Both the position numbers and the translations under genes were made by a program. Under the pieces are notes generated by a model that was given only the letters and a program-made list of their open reading frames with translations, was not told the origin of the DNA and did not search any database. From Telluria sp. (GTDB lineage: Bacteria > Pseudomonadota > Gammaproteobacteria > Burkholderiales > Burkholderiaceae_D), in assembly GCA_036386755.1 (NCBI GenBank), contig DASVVC010000015.1:5960-69959 (forward strand): 64,000 nt of DNA. The letters run 5' to 3'. Each line of letters begins with the position of its first letter. Position 1 is the stretch's first letter. Of the stretch, positions 1 through 8,319 are shown piece by piece.

Positions 1-409
1 GCAGGCGGCCGTCGGCCGCGCGCGGCAGCATCGGCGCCAGCGCCTGTCCATCTTGCCGGTCGACCAGCCGCGAGTGTGCCTCGCCGGCGGCGAACAGCTG
101 CTGCTCACCCCACTGGCGCAGCGCGACGATTACCGGGAACAGGCTCTCGCCTTTGGCGGTGAGGACGTATTCCTGATAGGCCGTGCCGTCCGCCGCCGGC
201 TGCACGGCCAGCACGCCTTGCTCGACCAGCACGCGCAGGCGGTCGGCCAGGATGTTGCGCGCCACCCCCAGGCGGCGCTGGAAATCGCCGAAGCGGCGCA
301 CGCCGTCGAAGGCGTCGCGCACCACCAGCAGGCACCAACGCTCGCCGATCGCATCGAGCGCGCGCGCCACCGGGCAGGCGTCGGTTTTCATGCTTTTACG
401 TTTGGCCAT
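1..409 (-). CDS. HxlR-family winged-helix transcriptional regulator (3' end runs off window)
   Basis: ATG at 409. Translation MAKRKSMKTDACPVARALDAIGERWCLLVVRDAFDGVRRFGDFQRRLGVARNILADRLRVLVEQGVL matches the HxlR signature. Divergent to the MFS gene. Absent from the ORF track because no stop lies in the window. Confidence 0.85.
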   Translation of the reverse strand, partial: MAKRKSMKTDACPVARALDAIGERWCLLVVRDAFDGVRRFGDFQRRLGVARNILADRLRVLVEQGVLAVQPAADGTAYQEYVLTAKGESLFPVIVALRQWGEQQLFAAGEAHSRLVDRQDGQALAPMLPRAADGRL

Positions 410-513
410 CGTCGCGGATTCTCTCTTTTACGGGTTGCATTCTAAAACACTGGTTGCATTTTAAAACCAGACTGCTTACACTTCAACCAGTTTTAATTTG
501 CAACCAGTTCAGG

Positions 514-1728
514 ATGAAGACGATGCAAGCTTTCCCAGGCGCCCTGGCGGCGCCGCGCGTGCCGCCCCGGCTGGTCGCGCTGTTCGCGTGCGGCAGCGGC
601 TTGAGCGTCGCCAATGTGTACTACGCGCAGCCGCTGCTCGGTACCCTCGCCCACGACTTCGCGATCAGCCCGGCGGCCATCGGCGGCGTGATCACGGCCA
701 CCCAGGCCGGCAGCATCGTGGCGCTGCTGATGCTGGTGCCGCTCGGCGACCGGCTCGACCGGCGCCGCCTGATGCTGGCCCAGGCCCTGCTGCTGGCGCT
801 TGCGCTGGCCTGCGTGGCGATGGCGCGCCAGACGGCGCTGCTGCTGGCCGGCATGCTGGCCGTCGGCCTGCTCGGCACCGCCATGACGCAGGGCTTGATC
901 GCGACCGCCGCCAGCGCGGCCGACGCGTCCGAACGCGGGCGCGTGGTCGGCGCGGCGCAAGGCGGCGTGGTCATCGGCCTGCTGCTGGCGCGCGTGCTGG
1001 CCGGGCTGGTGGCCGATGCGGCCGGCTGGCGCTGGGTCTACCTGCTGTCTGCGGGAACCATGCTGGCGCTGGCGGGCCTGCTGTGGACGGCGCTGCCGGC
1101 GCAGGCGCACGCGCAGCAACGCAGCACGTTGTCGTACGGCGCCCTGCTGCTGTCGATGCTCAGCTTGCTGCGGCACGAAAAGATGCTGCAAATCCGTGGC
1201 GTCATCGCCTTGCTGATGTTCGCGGCGTTCAGCATTTTCTGGAGTGCGCTGGTGTTGCCGCTGAGCGCGGCGCCGCATGCCATGTCGCACAGCGCCATCG
1301 GCGCCTTCGGACTGGTGGGCGTGGCCGGGGCGCTGGCGGCCGGCAAGGCGGGCAGCTGGGCCGACCGCGGACTCGGGCAGCGCGCCACCGGGATTGCGCT
1401 GGGCTTGCTGGTGCTGGCGTGGCTGCCGCTGGGTTTGCTGCACCGCTCCTTGTGGCTGCTCGGGCTGGGAATCGTGCTGCTCGATATTGGCGCGCAAGCA
1501 ATCCAGGTGCTTAACCAGAGCATGATTTTCCGCAGCCGCCCGGATGCGCACAGCCGCCTGGTGGGCTGCTACATGCTGTTCTATGCGGTCGGCAGCGGCG
1601 CCGGCGCGCTGGCGGCAAGCGCCACCTACGCCGCCGCCGGCTGGACCGGTGTGTGCGTGCTCGGCGCCGGCGTGAGCGCGCTGGCCGGGCTGTTCTGGGT
1701 GGTCAGTCTTCGCTGGACGCCGGCGTAA
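514..1728 (+). CDS. MFS transporter
   Basis: About 12 hydrophobic segments. MFS motif A-like LVPLGDRLDRRRLML. Start chosen at MKTMQ (ATG 514) inside ORF 454..1728. Confidence 0.85.
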   Translation: MKTMQAFPGALAAPRVPPRLVALFACGSGLSVANVYYAQPLLGTLAHDFAISPAAIGGVITATQAGSIVALLMLVPLGDRLDRRRLMLAQALLLALALACVAMARQTALLLAGMLAVGLLGTAMTQGLIATAASAADASERGRVVGAAQGGVVIGLLLARVLAGLVADAAGWRWVYLLSAGTMLALAGLLWTALPAQAHAQQRSTLSYGALLLSMLSLLRHEKMLQIRGVIALLMFAAFSIFWSALVLPLSAAPHAMSHSAIGAFGLVGVAGALAAGKAGSWADRGLGQRATGIALGLLVLAWLPLGLLHRSLWLLGLGIVLLDIGAQAIQVLNQSMIFRSRPDAHSRLVGCYMLFYAVGSGAGALAASATYAAAGWTGVCVLGAGVSALAGLFWVVSLRWTPA

Positions 1729-1790
1729 TTCCGCAGGCAAGGAAGATGACCTCCTTGCGGGCGTTTAGCGAAGGCTGGCCGCCGTCAAGG

Positions 1791-2201
1791 CTACTGGCCG
1801 TTCGGCCGGGCGTTGCTGGCTGCGCCAGTGCCGGTGCCGGTGCCGGTGCTGGTGCCGGTGCCGGTGCCAGTGGCATCGCCGCCACCCGTGGCACTTGTGC
1901 CAGCCGTGCCGCTGGTGCCGCTGCCGGTCGTGCCCGCCGCGCCGCTGGTGCCGGTTGCGCTGTTGCCGCCGCCGGTCGTGCCAGGCGTGGTCGCGGCAGC
2001 GCCATCATTGCCTGCCGTGGTCGAGGTCGCCGTGCCGCCAGTGGCGCCGGTCGGGCTGTTACCGGCGCCGCTGCCAGGCACGGTGGTCGATGTCGCCCCA
2101 CTGTCGGAGCCCGGCCCGGCCCCGTCGTTCTTGCACGCCGCAAGCGACATTGCTGCCAGCAAAATACACGCCACATTCTTTACCAGAGGAAGTTTGTTCA
2201 T
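1791..2201 (-). CDS. Gly/Thr/Ser-rich low-complexity lipoprotein
   Basis: MNKLPLVKNVACILLAAMSLAAC is a signal peptide with lipobox. The mature part is almost only G/T/S/A/N. Start is the ATG at 2201 inside ORF 1791..2402. Confidence 0.65.
   Translation of the reverse strand: MNKLPLVKNVACILLAAMSLAACKNDGAGPGSDSGATSTTVPGSGAGNSPTGATGGTATSTTAGNDGAAATTPGTTGGGNSATGTSGAAGTTGSGTSGTAGTSATGGGDATGTGTGTSTGTGTGTGAASNARPNGQ
1827..1874. repeat. Hexanucleotide tandem repeat (GGTGCC-like, about 8 units) inside the lipoprotein gene
   Basis: agtgcc ggtgcc ggtgcc ggtgct ggtgcc ggtgcc ggtgcc agtggc; encodes the (GT)n stretch TGTGTGTSTGTGTGTG. Confidence 0.9.
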
Positions 2202-2517
2202 TTCGTTGCTCCTTGCATGGTGGTGGATGGAGGCTGCGCGTGCCCATGACGGCATGCGCGCAGCCAGTGATGGGTATCGTAGCGCCCTGCCCGACACGGG
2301 CCCATCGGCGAACTTGCCCAGCGCGTGTAGGAACTGTCCGTCCCTTATCCGATTTGCAGCGCGTTTATTTGTTGGTGACGGCGGGAATCTCGCGCGTGGC
2401 ACGCGAACTTGCCCTTGAGGTCGCCCACCCCGCTTGCGGCCTGGCCATCCTGGCTGGACCGGCGCGGTCCATGCGCGTGGTGGCGTATGGATCGGGCGCC
2501 ACTCGCATCGAGGAAGC

Positions 2518-3225
2518 CTACTGCGGAAAACGCGGATTCGGCGTCCTCAGCATGGTATCCATGATCTCATCGACCTTCGCTTGGGCGAGTTTGATGCTGG
2601 TGGCGTCAGTGGGAAATTTGACGGCGCCGTATCCCTTCACGTTGGCTGCCTTGTCGCCAAACTTCTGCGAAATGAGGCTCCATGCGTGGGCATCGACCGG
2701 CTTTGCTTCTTCCTGATAACGCAGGGAAAGCAGTGTCGCTGCCCGCACGATTCCCATGGTCGCCGCTTTTTCCAGATATTTATTGCCTTCGGCTTTAGGC
2801 GATGCGCCTAGGTCGTAAGCCGGATCGTTTTCCAGCCCTTCGCTTTCGGAATAGAACTGCTCCGCAAGCTGCAAGGTCGCAAAGACGTCCCCGGTGTCCG
2901 CCATTTTCTTGAGTGTTTTCAGGTCGAATTTGTAGTACTTTTCCGGCGTAAAAAAACCCAGCTGTTTCATTTTTTCCTGCAACCTGGCCTGGCGTTGTTT
3001 TGGATCTTCCGCAGTGGGAGGCTTACCCGTGCCAAAAGGCGACATCGAGCCGGCGCCTGCCACCAACCGTGGGCCTGGCCCGCTGGCCGCATGAGCGCCC
3101 GCATCGGACGCCGCGGCGTTGTGCACGCTGCCCGCGCTGTTCACGGCATCGCCGCCCGGGACCAGATAGAGGTAAGAAAAGCCGAGTGCCGCGGCGGCAC
3201 ACGCTGCTACGAGAAGTTTGTTCAT
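2518..3225 (-). CDS. Secreted hypothetical protein, possible Sel1/TPR-like repeats
   Basis: N-terminal hydrophobic signal MNKLLVAACAAAALGF. C-terminal half is helical-repeat-like (LQLAEQFYSE...YLEKAATMGIVRAATLLSLRY). Confidence 0.6.
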   Translation of the reverse strand: MNKLLVAACAAAALGFSYLYLVPGGDAVNSAGSVHNAAASDAGAHAASGPGPRLVAGAGSMSPFGTGKPPTAEDPKQRQARLQEKMKQLGFFTPEKYYKFDLKTLKKMADTGDVFATLQLAEQFYSESEGLENDPAYDLGASPKAEGNKYLEKAATMGIVRAATLLSLRYQEEAKPVDAHAWSLISQKFGDKAANVKGYGAVKFPTDATSIKLAQAKVDEIMDTMLRTPNPRFPQ

Positions 3226-3243
3226 GGGTGCGAGGCAGGGAAT

Positions 3244-3301
3244 GAAATTACTGCGTGAAATTACTGCGTGAAATTACTGCGGGAAATCTTCCCGCAGTAA
3301 T
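3244..3301. repeat. 13-bp direct repeat x3 whose last copy forms a 12-13 bp perfect hairpin
   Basis: gaaattactgcgt gaaattactgcgt gaaattactgcgg, then attactgcggga-aatct-tcccgcagtaat. Lies between the lectin stop (3310) and the start of the next gene (3225). Confidence 0.9.
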
Positions 3302-3309
3302 CGGACCAT

Positions 3310-3915
3310 TTATTGGCAGGCGCCGGCATACCCGCCGTTTTGCACCGCATACGAATTGGCTTCAGCAGCGCTGCAGGCTTTCGTCATGGTACTCATGTTG
3401 TACGTGCAAACCGGATACAAGGACGGTGCCGCACCGCCGTCGCAACTCAAGACCCAGTTATCCCTGCCCGCACTCCACCAGATTGTCTGTTGAGTCGGCT
3501 GGTTCGGATACACCATGCCGGTCGTGCGGATGCGGCCATCGTCCGTCAGCCAGAGCCTGGTATCGGGGTCGAATACCGGGTGCGAAACACCAGTGCTCCA
3601 GACCGGCGCATAGTCAGGTCCATAGATGGCGAAACTATGATCCTTCTTCAACAGCGCGTACTTGCCGTTCCTGCCTTGCGATCCAGCACTCCATATGACT
3701 TTCATGTCGCTAAGCCGATAGATCACCAGATTGCCGTCCTGCTGAAACAAGGCCCAGTATTTATTGTTGTCGGAGAGCATGCTATCTCCGGGAAACAAGT
3801 AAAGATCTTGCGCCGCATTTGTCGAGACACCCGAAATATAGGTAGTTTTGGCAGATGCCGATCCAGCAAATAATGCTGCCATGGAGATGGCGATTGCACT
3901 GAGAGCGAGTTTCAT
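3310..3915 (-). CDS. Secreted bulb-type (B-)lectin / monocot mannose-binding-lectin-like protein with Cys-containing C-terminal extension
   Basis: Signal peptide MKLALSAIAISMAALFAGSASA. Canonical QxDxNxVxY motif (FQQDGNLVIY) plus two degenerate copies (KKDHSFAIY, LTDDGRIRT), consistent with a beta-prism II fold. AAGGAA SD lies before ATG 3915. Confidence 0.8.
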   Translation of the reverse strand: MKLALSAIAISMAALFAGSASAKTTYISGVSTNAAQDLYLFPGDSMLSDNNKYWALFQQDGNLVIYRLSDMKVIWSAGSQGRNGKYALLKKDHSFAIYGPDYAPVWSTGVSHPVFDPDTRLWLTDDGRIRTTGMVYPNQPTQQTIWWSAGRDNWVLSCDGGAAPSLYPVCTYNMSTMTKACSAAEANSYAVQNGGYAGACQ

Positions 3916-4230
3916 TAGGTTCCTTAAGGATGGGCGAGGGTTTTTCCTCAAAGAACATTTTACTTTTTGTAAACGTTAGCTTTCTATCAAATTGTAACAA
4001 TGTTAACTTTGTTTTGCCCTTGCTCCCAGGTTGAGCGGTGCAGCAGCGGATCGGGGCCAAGCGGCCGGAAGAGCGCGCGGAATACGCGCGTCGGCGCGAC
4101 ATGCGGCTTTGGCGCATCCCTTCAGATTGGGAGGGGCAAAACAGGGAAAAGAAAAGGCCAGCGCAGCGGCTGGCCTCGGCAAGGCAGGTGGAAGGGAGTG
4201 CGGGCAGCGAGCGCCGCGCCTCCCCGCAGG

Positions 4231-5304
4231 TTATCCCTTGGCGACCTTGACCAGTTCGACGCGGCGGTTTTTCGACCGGCCATCTTCGTTGCCGTTGTCG
4301 GCAATCGGCTTGGCGGCGCCGTGTCCGGCAGCGCTCAGGCGCACGCCGTCGATACCATCGCTGATCAGGGCTTGCACGACCGCCTGCGCCCGTTCGCGCG
4401 ACAAGGTCTTGTTGCGCGCCTGGTCGCCGACGTTGTCGGTGTGGCCTTCGACCGACAGGTGCAGCGCGGTTTGCTTCTTCATCAGCGCGGCGATTTCGTC
4501 GACCGCCGGCTTGCCGTCCGCACGGATGGCGGCCTTGTCGGTGTCGAAGTTGATGTACAGCGCGATGTGGCCCTTGCTCTCGAGTTCGGACTGCATGACG
4601 GCCGAGGTCACGATATTGACTGACGAACCAGTCTGCTTTTCTTCGATGGAGATGATGCGTACGCCGCCGTCGTTGACCATCACCACCAGCCACTTGCGGC
4701 CCGTGGGGGTCGGCAAAAAGTACACGTCATAGCTGCTGGAGTTGCCGTGAAACTTCAATTTCTTATCCAGGTTATAGCTGTCGCCGCCATGTGCCGCCAC
4801 GAAATTGTCGTCGCCCGGCGTGACGGTATTGACCTTGACGCCGCCCATGTCCAACGCCGCTCTGGTGTAGTCGCGCTCGGCCTGGAATTTTGAAATTTTC
4901 GCCTGCGACAGATCGAATCCGATCAGGCGGAAGCGTCCCTCGATGGTATGCATCTTGTTACCGACAATCACGTGCAACTGGTCGAAGTCCGATTCCGTGG
5001 TTCCCTGAAAAGCCTCACCGACGGTGGTCGGGTAATTGATGAACGGAAAAGGCGGCAGCGGCTTGCTGATGACCGCGATTTTATCGAGATCGGCGCCGGC
5101 GGACGTCGCGCCAGGCGCCACCGTTGGCGCAGGCGTTGGCGTCGCCGCCACCGGCGCTTGGGCCGGCGCCACGGGCGCCACCACGGCAGGCGCGCTGGCG
5201 ACAGGTGCTTCCACCGGCGCTGCCGCGGGTTTCGGCTTGCATCCCGTCAGGGCGAAGGCAAGCGAGATCGACAGGCAAAGGGCGGCGTTGAGTTGTTTGG
5301 TCAT
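4231..5304 (-). CDS. OmpA-domain lipoprotein (paralog 1)
   Basis: MTKQLNAALCLSISLAFALTGC lipobox, Ala/Pro linker, and a C-terminal OmpA peptidoglycan-binding motif (SVEGHTDNVGDQARNKTLSRERAQAV...NRRVELV). Confidence 0.85.
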   Translation of the reverse strand: MTKQLNAALCLSISLAFALTGCKPKPAAAPVEAPVASAPAVVAPVAPAQAPVAATPTPAPTVAPGATSAGADLDKIAVISKPLPPFPFINYPTTVGEAFQGTTESDFDQLHVIVGNKMHTIEGRFRLIGFDLSQAKISKFQAERDYTRAALDMGGVKVNTVTPGDDNFVAAHGGDSYNLDKKLKFHGNSSSYDVYFLPTPTGRKWLVVMVNDGGVRIISIEEKQTGSSVNIVTSAVMQSELESKGHIALYINFDTDKAAIRADGKPAVDEIAALMKKQTALHLSVEGHTDNVGDQARNKTLSRERAQAVVQALISDGIDGVRLSAAGHGAAKPIADNGNEDGRSKNRRVELVKVAKG

Positions 5305-5443
5305 GGCGGTCAATCGGAACAAAAAAGGTTGGCCTGCGGTGCAGGAAAATATGACGATTACATAAAAGCAAGACAATCATACAATGCGGCTGAGGCATCG
5401 CAACCGGTAATCGCGGCGGCGTTTTACCGTTTTACCTTGGCGC

Positions 5444-6514
5444 TCAGCCTTTGACGACCTTGACCAGCTCGACGCGGCGGTTTTTTGCGCGGCCTTCTTC
5501 GCTGCCGTTGTCGGTAAGCGGCTTGTCCGAGCCGTGGCCGGCGGCATTGAGGCGGGCGCCGTCGATGCCGTCGCCCACCAGCGCCTGCACCACCGCCTGG
5601 GCACGCTCACGCGACAGGGTGGCGTTGCGGGCCTTGTCGCCCACGTTGTCGGTGTGGCCTTCGACGGACAGGTGCAGCGCCGTTTCTTTCTTCATCAGCG
5701 CGGCGATCTCGTCGACCGCCGGCTTGCCGTCGGCACGGATCGCCGCCTTGTCGGTATCGAAGTTAATGTACAGCGCGACGTGGCCCTTGCTGTCGAGTTC
5801 GGACTTCATGACGGCGGCGGTCACCATCTTGACCACCGATGCCGTCTGTTTTTCTTCGATCGAGGTGACGCGCACGCTGTTTTCGCTGGCCATGATCAGC
5901 ATCCATTTGCGGCCGGTCGGCGTTGGGAAAAAGTAGGTGTCGTAGCTGTAGTTTTCGTTCGGGTAATCCAGCGTCTTGGCCATGGCATCGGTGTACACGC
6001 CGCTGGCCTTCTCGAACGCGGCGTCCTTCGGCTTGCTGGTGTTGACCTTGACGCCGCCCATGTCCGTTGCCGCCCTGGCGTAATCGCGTTGCGCCTGAAA
6101 GCGTGAAATGCCGGCATCGGCCAGGTCGAAGGCCAGCCGCCGGAAACGCCCTTCCACCGCATGGATCCGGTTACCGACGATCAGGTGCAGCTGGTCGAAG
6201 TCGGACGTCTTGGTCTGCTGCTTCTCCTTGGCGATATTTTCGGGGTAATCGACGAACGGGAACGGCGGCATCGGCGTGCCGATGACCGCGATGTTGTCGA
6301 GGTCGGCGTCGGCCCCGGCGCTGGGGGCGACCGGCGAGGTTGCGCTTGCCGGGGCCGGCACGGCGGCGGCGCTTGGGACGGCCACCGAAGCGGGAGCGCT
6401 TGCCACGGGCGCCTGCACGGGCGGCGGCGGCACCGGTTCGTTCGGCTTGCATCCGGAAATGGCAAAGGCGAGCGAGAGCGACAGGCAAAGGGCGGCGTTC
6501 AATTGTTTGGTCAT
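5444..6514 (-). CDS. OmpA-domain lipoprotein (paralog 2, tandem duplicate)
   Basis: MTKQLNAALCLSLSLAFAISGC lipobox and the same architecture as 4231..5304. The ORF-track extension to 7078 was rejected. Confidence 0.85.
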   Translation of the reverse strand: MTKQLNAALCLSLSLAFAISGCKPNEPVPPPPVQAPVASAPASVAVPSAAAVPAPASATSPVAPSAGADADLDNIAVIGTPMPPFPFVDYPENIAKEKQQTKTSDFDQLHLIVGNRIHAVEGRFRRLAFDLADAGISRFQAQRDYARAATDMGGVKVNTSKPKDAAFEKASGVYTDAMAKTLDYPNENYSYDTYFFPTPTGRKWMLIMASENSVRVTSIEEKQTASVVKMVTAAVMKSELDSKGHVALYINFDTDKAAIRADGKPAVDEIAALMKKETALHLSVEGHTDNVGDKARNATLSRERAQAVVQALVGDGIDGARLNAAGHGSDKPLTDNGSEEGRAKNRRVELVKVVKG

Positions 6515-6751
6515 GGCGGCAAGTCTGGCAAAAAAGGATTGGCCTGGCGGCGCAGGGAAAAGATTACATAAAGACAAGCCGATCATACACGCGGGCTGAT
6601 CCATCGCAACCGGTAATAGCGGCGGGGTTTTACCGCTCTGGCTGGTCGCGGCGTCAGGGGCAGGCGGGCGTCCGGCGTGGGTGCCGGTCGATGGTATGAT
6701 GACGCCCCGAACGCGCGGCCGCCGGCCCGCTCCCACCCTCACACGACAAAC

Positions 6752-7120
6752 ATGGATCCGTACAAAGTTCTCGAAGAAGCCCGGCCGATGCTCGATGCAG
6801 TGCTGACCCAGACCGGGCTGCAGGCGCCGGGCGAGCCGCTCGACCTGGAGTCGCTGCGCGCGCCGTTCAGCCAGTGGCTGCAAGCGCAGGCGGTCGGACG
6901 CGAGGACCTGGGGTTCTTCGTCGGGCTGGTGGGTGCCTTCATTTCGCAGTATCTGCTCGACATGGCCAATGCGTCGGTGCAGGTCGACGGCGAGCGCATC
7001 AGCGTGCGCGTGCCGCTGCCGGGCGACAGGGAGCGGCGTTTCGATCCGTACGCGGCCGCCTCCGCGCTCATTTTGCAAAAAGGCAGCGTGGCCGATTTTC
7101 TGGCCGGCGTCTGCGCGTAA
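6752..7120 (+). CDS. Hypothetical protein
   Basis: ORF with start MDPYKVLEEA at ATG 6752. Composition is ordinary for this genome. No recognisable motif. Confidence 0.5.
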   Translation: MDPYKVLEEARPMLDAVLTQTGLQAPGEPLDLESLRAPFSQWLQAQAVGREDLGFFVGLVGAFISQYLLDMANASVQVDGERISVRVPLPGDRERRFDPYAAASALILQKGSVADFLAGVCA

Positions 7121-7335
7121 GCCGGGCCGGACTGGCCGTTACCGGCCGTCGCACCGTTCAAGCGCGGCTTTTCATCAGGTCGTGATGTCGTCATTGAAGT
7201 ACCCACTCAAATTTTCCGCAATAAAATTGCAATATCGCAATACATCAAAACCAAGCATTGTGTTTAATGATTCTTCGGTGTGTGTTCTGAGGCGCCCCTC
7301 TTAATTGGTGCCTTTGTACTTCTACGGAGAGAATA

Positions 7336-7938
7336 ATGGTGGCAATCTTAAATGCAAATTCGCGTCGATTAAGTGGGCCGCATTGGGTCGCCCAATTTTC
7401 TGGAAGTAAGGAAATTCGTTCTCTCGATATGCCGTTTCGGCACTACGCGCAGGCGTTCATTGACGCGCTTCGACATGCCGGTGCAAAAGTGACGATTGCC
7501 GCCACCCATAGACCCGTTGAAAGAGCTCATCTCATGCATTGGTCGTGGCGTATTGCCAGAGAGAACGTTGATCCGCAAGCGATCCCAGCTCTCGGAGGAG
7601 TCGACATCGTATGGGCGCACCAAGATCCCGCTGGAAAGTTTTCGTCGTCCAAAAGCCAAGCTGCCGCCAAGGAGATGTGCATTGCTTTTGGAATGAGCAA
7701 TCTGGAAACGCGGCCATCGCTTCAGTCCAGGCATACAGCCGGCAGGGGCATCGATATGGCGATCTCGTGGAAGGGCACGTTGTCGATCGTTGATGCCACG
7801 GGCGCAGCGGTAGTGATCACTACAAGCCCAAGAAACGGCTTGAACAAAGCACTGCGCGCGGTTGGTGCAACCTACGGCGTCATCAAATACCGAGGTCCTA
7901 AACGCGACGATCCACACTGGTCCGACACGGGGTTCTGA
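7336..7938 (+). CDS. LAS/M15-type zinc peptidase-like protein (VanY / L-Ala-D-Glu peptidase-like), no signal peptide
   Basis: GGAGAG SD. Motifs SRHTAGRGIDMAI (SxHxxGxAxD) and DDPHWS (terminal His). Lower-GC islet. Confidence 0.6.
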   Translation: MVAILNANSRRLSGPHWVAQFSGSKEIRSLDMPFRHYAQAFIDALRHAGAKVTIAATHRPVERAHLMHWSWRIARENVDPQAIPALGGVDIVWAHQDPAGKFSSSKSQAAAKEMCIAFGMSNLETRPSLQSRHTAGRGIDMAISWKGTLSIVDATGAAVVITTSPRNGLNKALRAVGATYGVIKYRGPKRDDPHWSDTGF

Positions 7939-7941
7939 TCC

Positions 7942-8247
7942 ATGAAAAATGTACTCTTTATTTGCCTGCTCGCTGCCTCGGCAGCCTGCCCGGCACGAGA
8001 CACGACGCATTTCCCGAAAGACGTCATGACATTCATCGAGCGACGCGACGCATGTGATCACTTCAGGGGCGAGATCGCAAGTGCGGACGAGAAAAAGCGA
8101 TTAGAAGAAGTCATCAGGAAAGCGAATATTCTTTGCCGCGGCACTGACAAGCAGCTGGCGAAACTGCGCACCAAATATGCGCGACGCGTCGCCATCATTG
8201 AGAGCTTGAAGCACTACGAGGATGTGATCAATGCGTCGGCCAAGTGA
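7942..8247 (+). CDS. Small exported protein, candidate cognate immunity protein
   Basis: Starts 4 nt after the peptidase stop. Signal MKNVLFICLLAASAAC. Helical, charged mature part. Confidence 0.5.
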   Translation: MKNVLFICLLAASAACPARDTTHFPKDVMTFIERRDACDHFRGEIASADEKKRLEEVIRKANILCRGTDKQLAKLRTKYARRVAIIESLKHYEDVINASAK

Positions 8248-8319
8248 TAGTGGACGAGAGCGCGACATCCTCCGGCCATAATTACGCTCTGTTACGGCTA
8301 TTGCGAAATGAGGAATGCT

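Noticed and set aside
493-1740. 415-aa minus-strand ORF antisense to the MFS gene. Similar long antisense or alternate-frame ORFs occur elsewhere (e.g. 24693-26396 +, 28101-28835 +, 31098-32006 +, 37018-38346 +, 41467-42717 +, 42915-43883 +, 50215-51156 +).
   Set aside because: They are Arg/Ala/Gly/His-rich junk-like translations that fully overlap genes with clear family motifs. This is typical of stop-poor alternate frames in high-GC DNA.
1827-3301. Possible CRISPR-like repeats (hexamer tract at 1827-1874 and 13-mer repeats at 3244-3301).
   Set aside because: The repeats are contiguous with no spacers and are too short. One lies inside a coding region. No cas genes are present.
5444-7078. 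544-aa version of the second OmpA lipoprotein ORF.
   Set aside because: The upstream 187 codons are low-quality sequence. The lipoprotein signal MTKQLNAALCL at 6514 exactly parallels paralog 1, and the extension would overlap the plus-strand gene 6752-7120.
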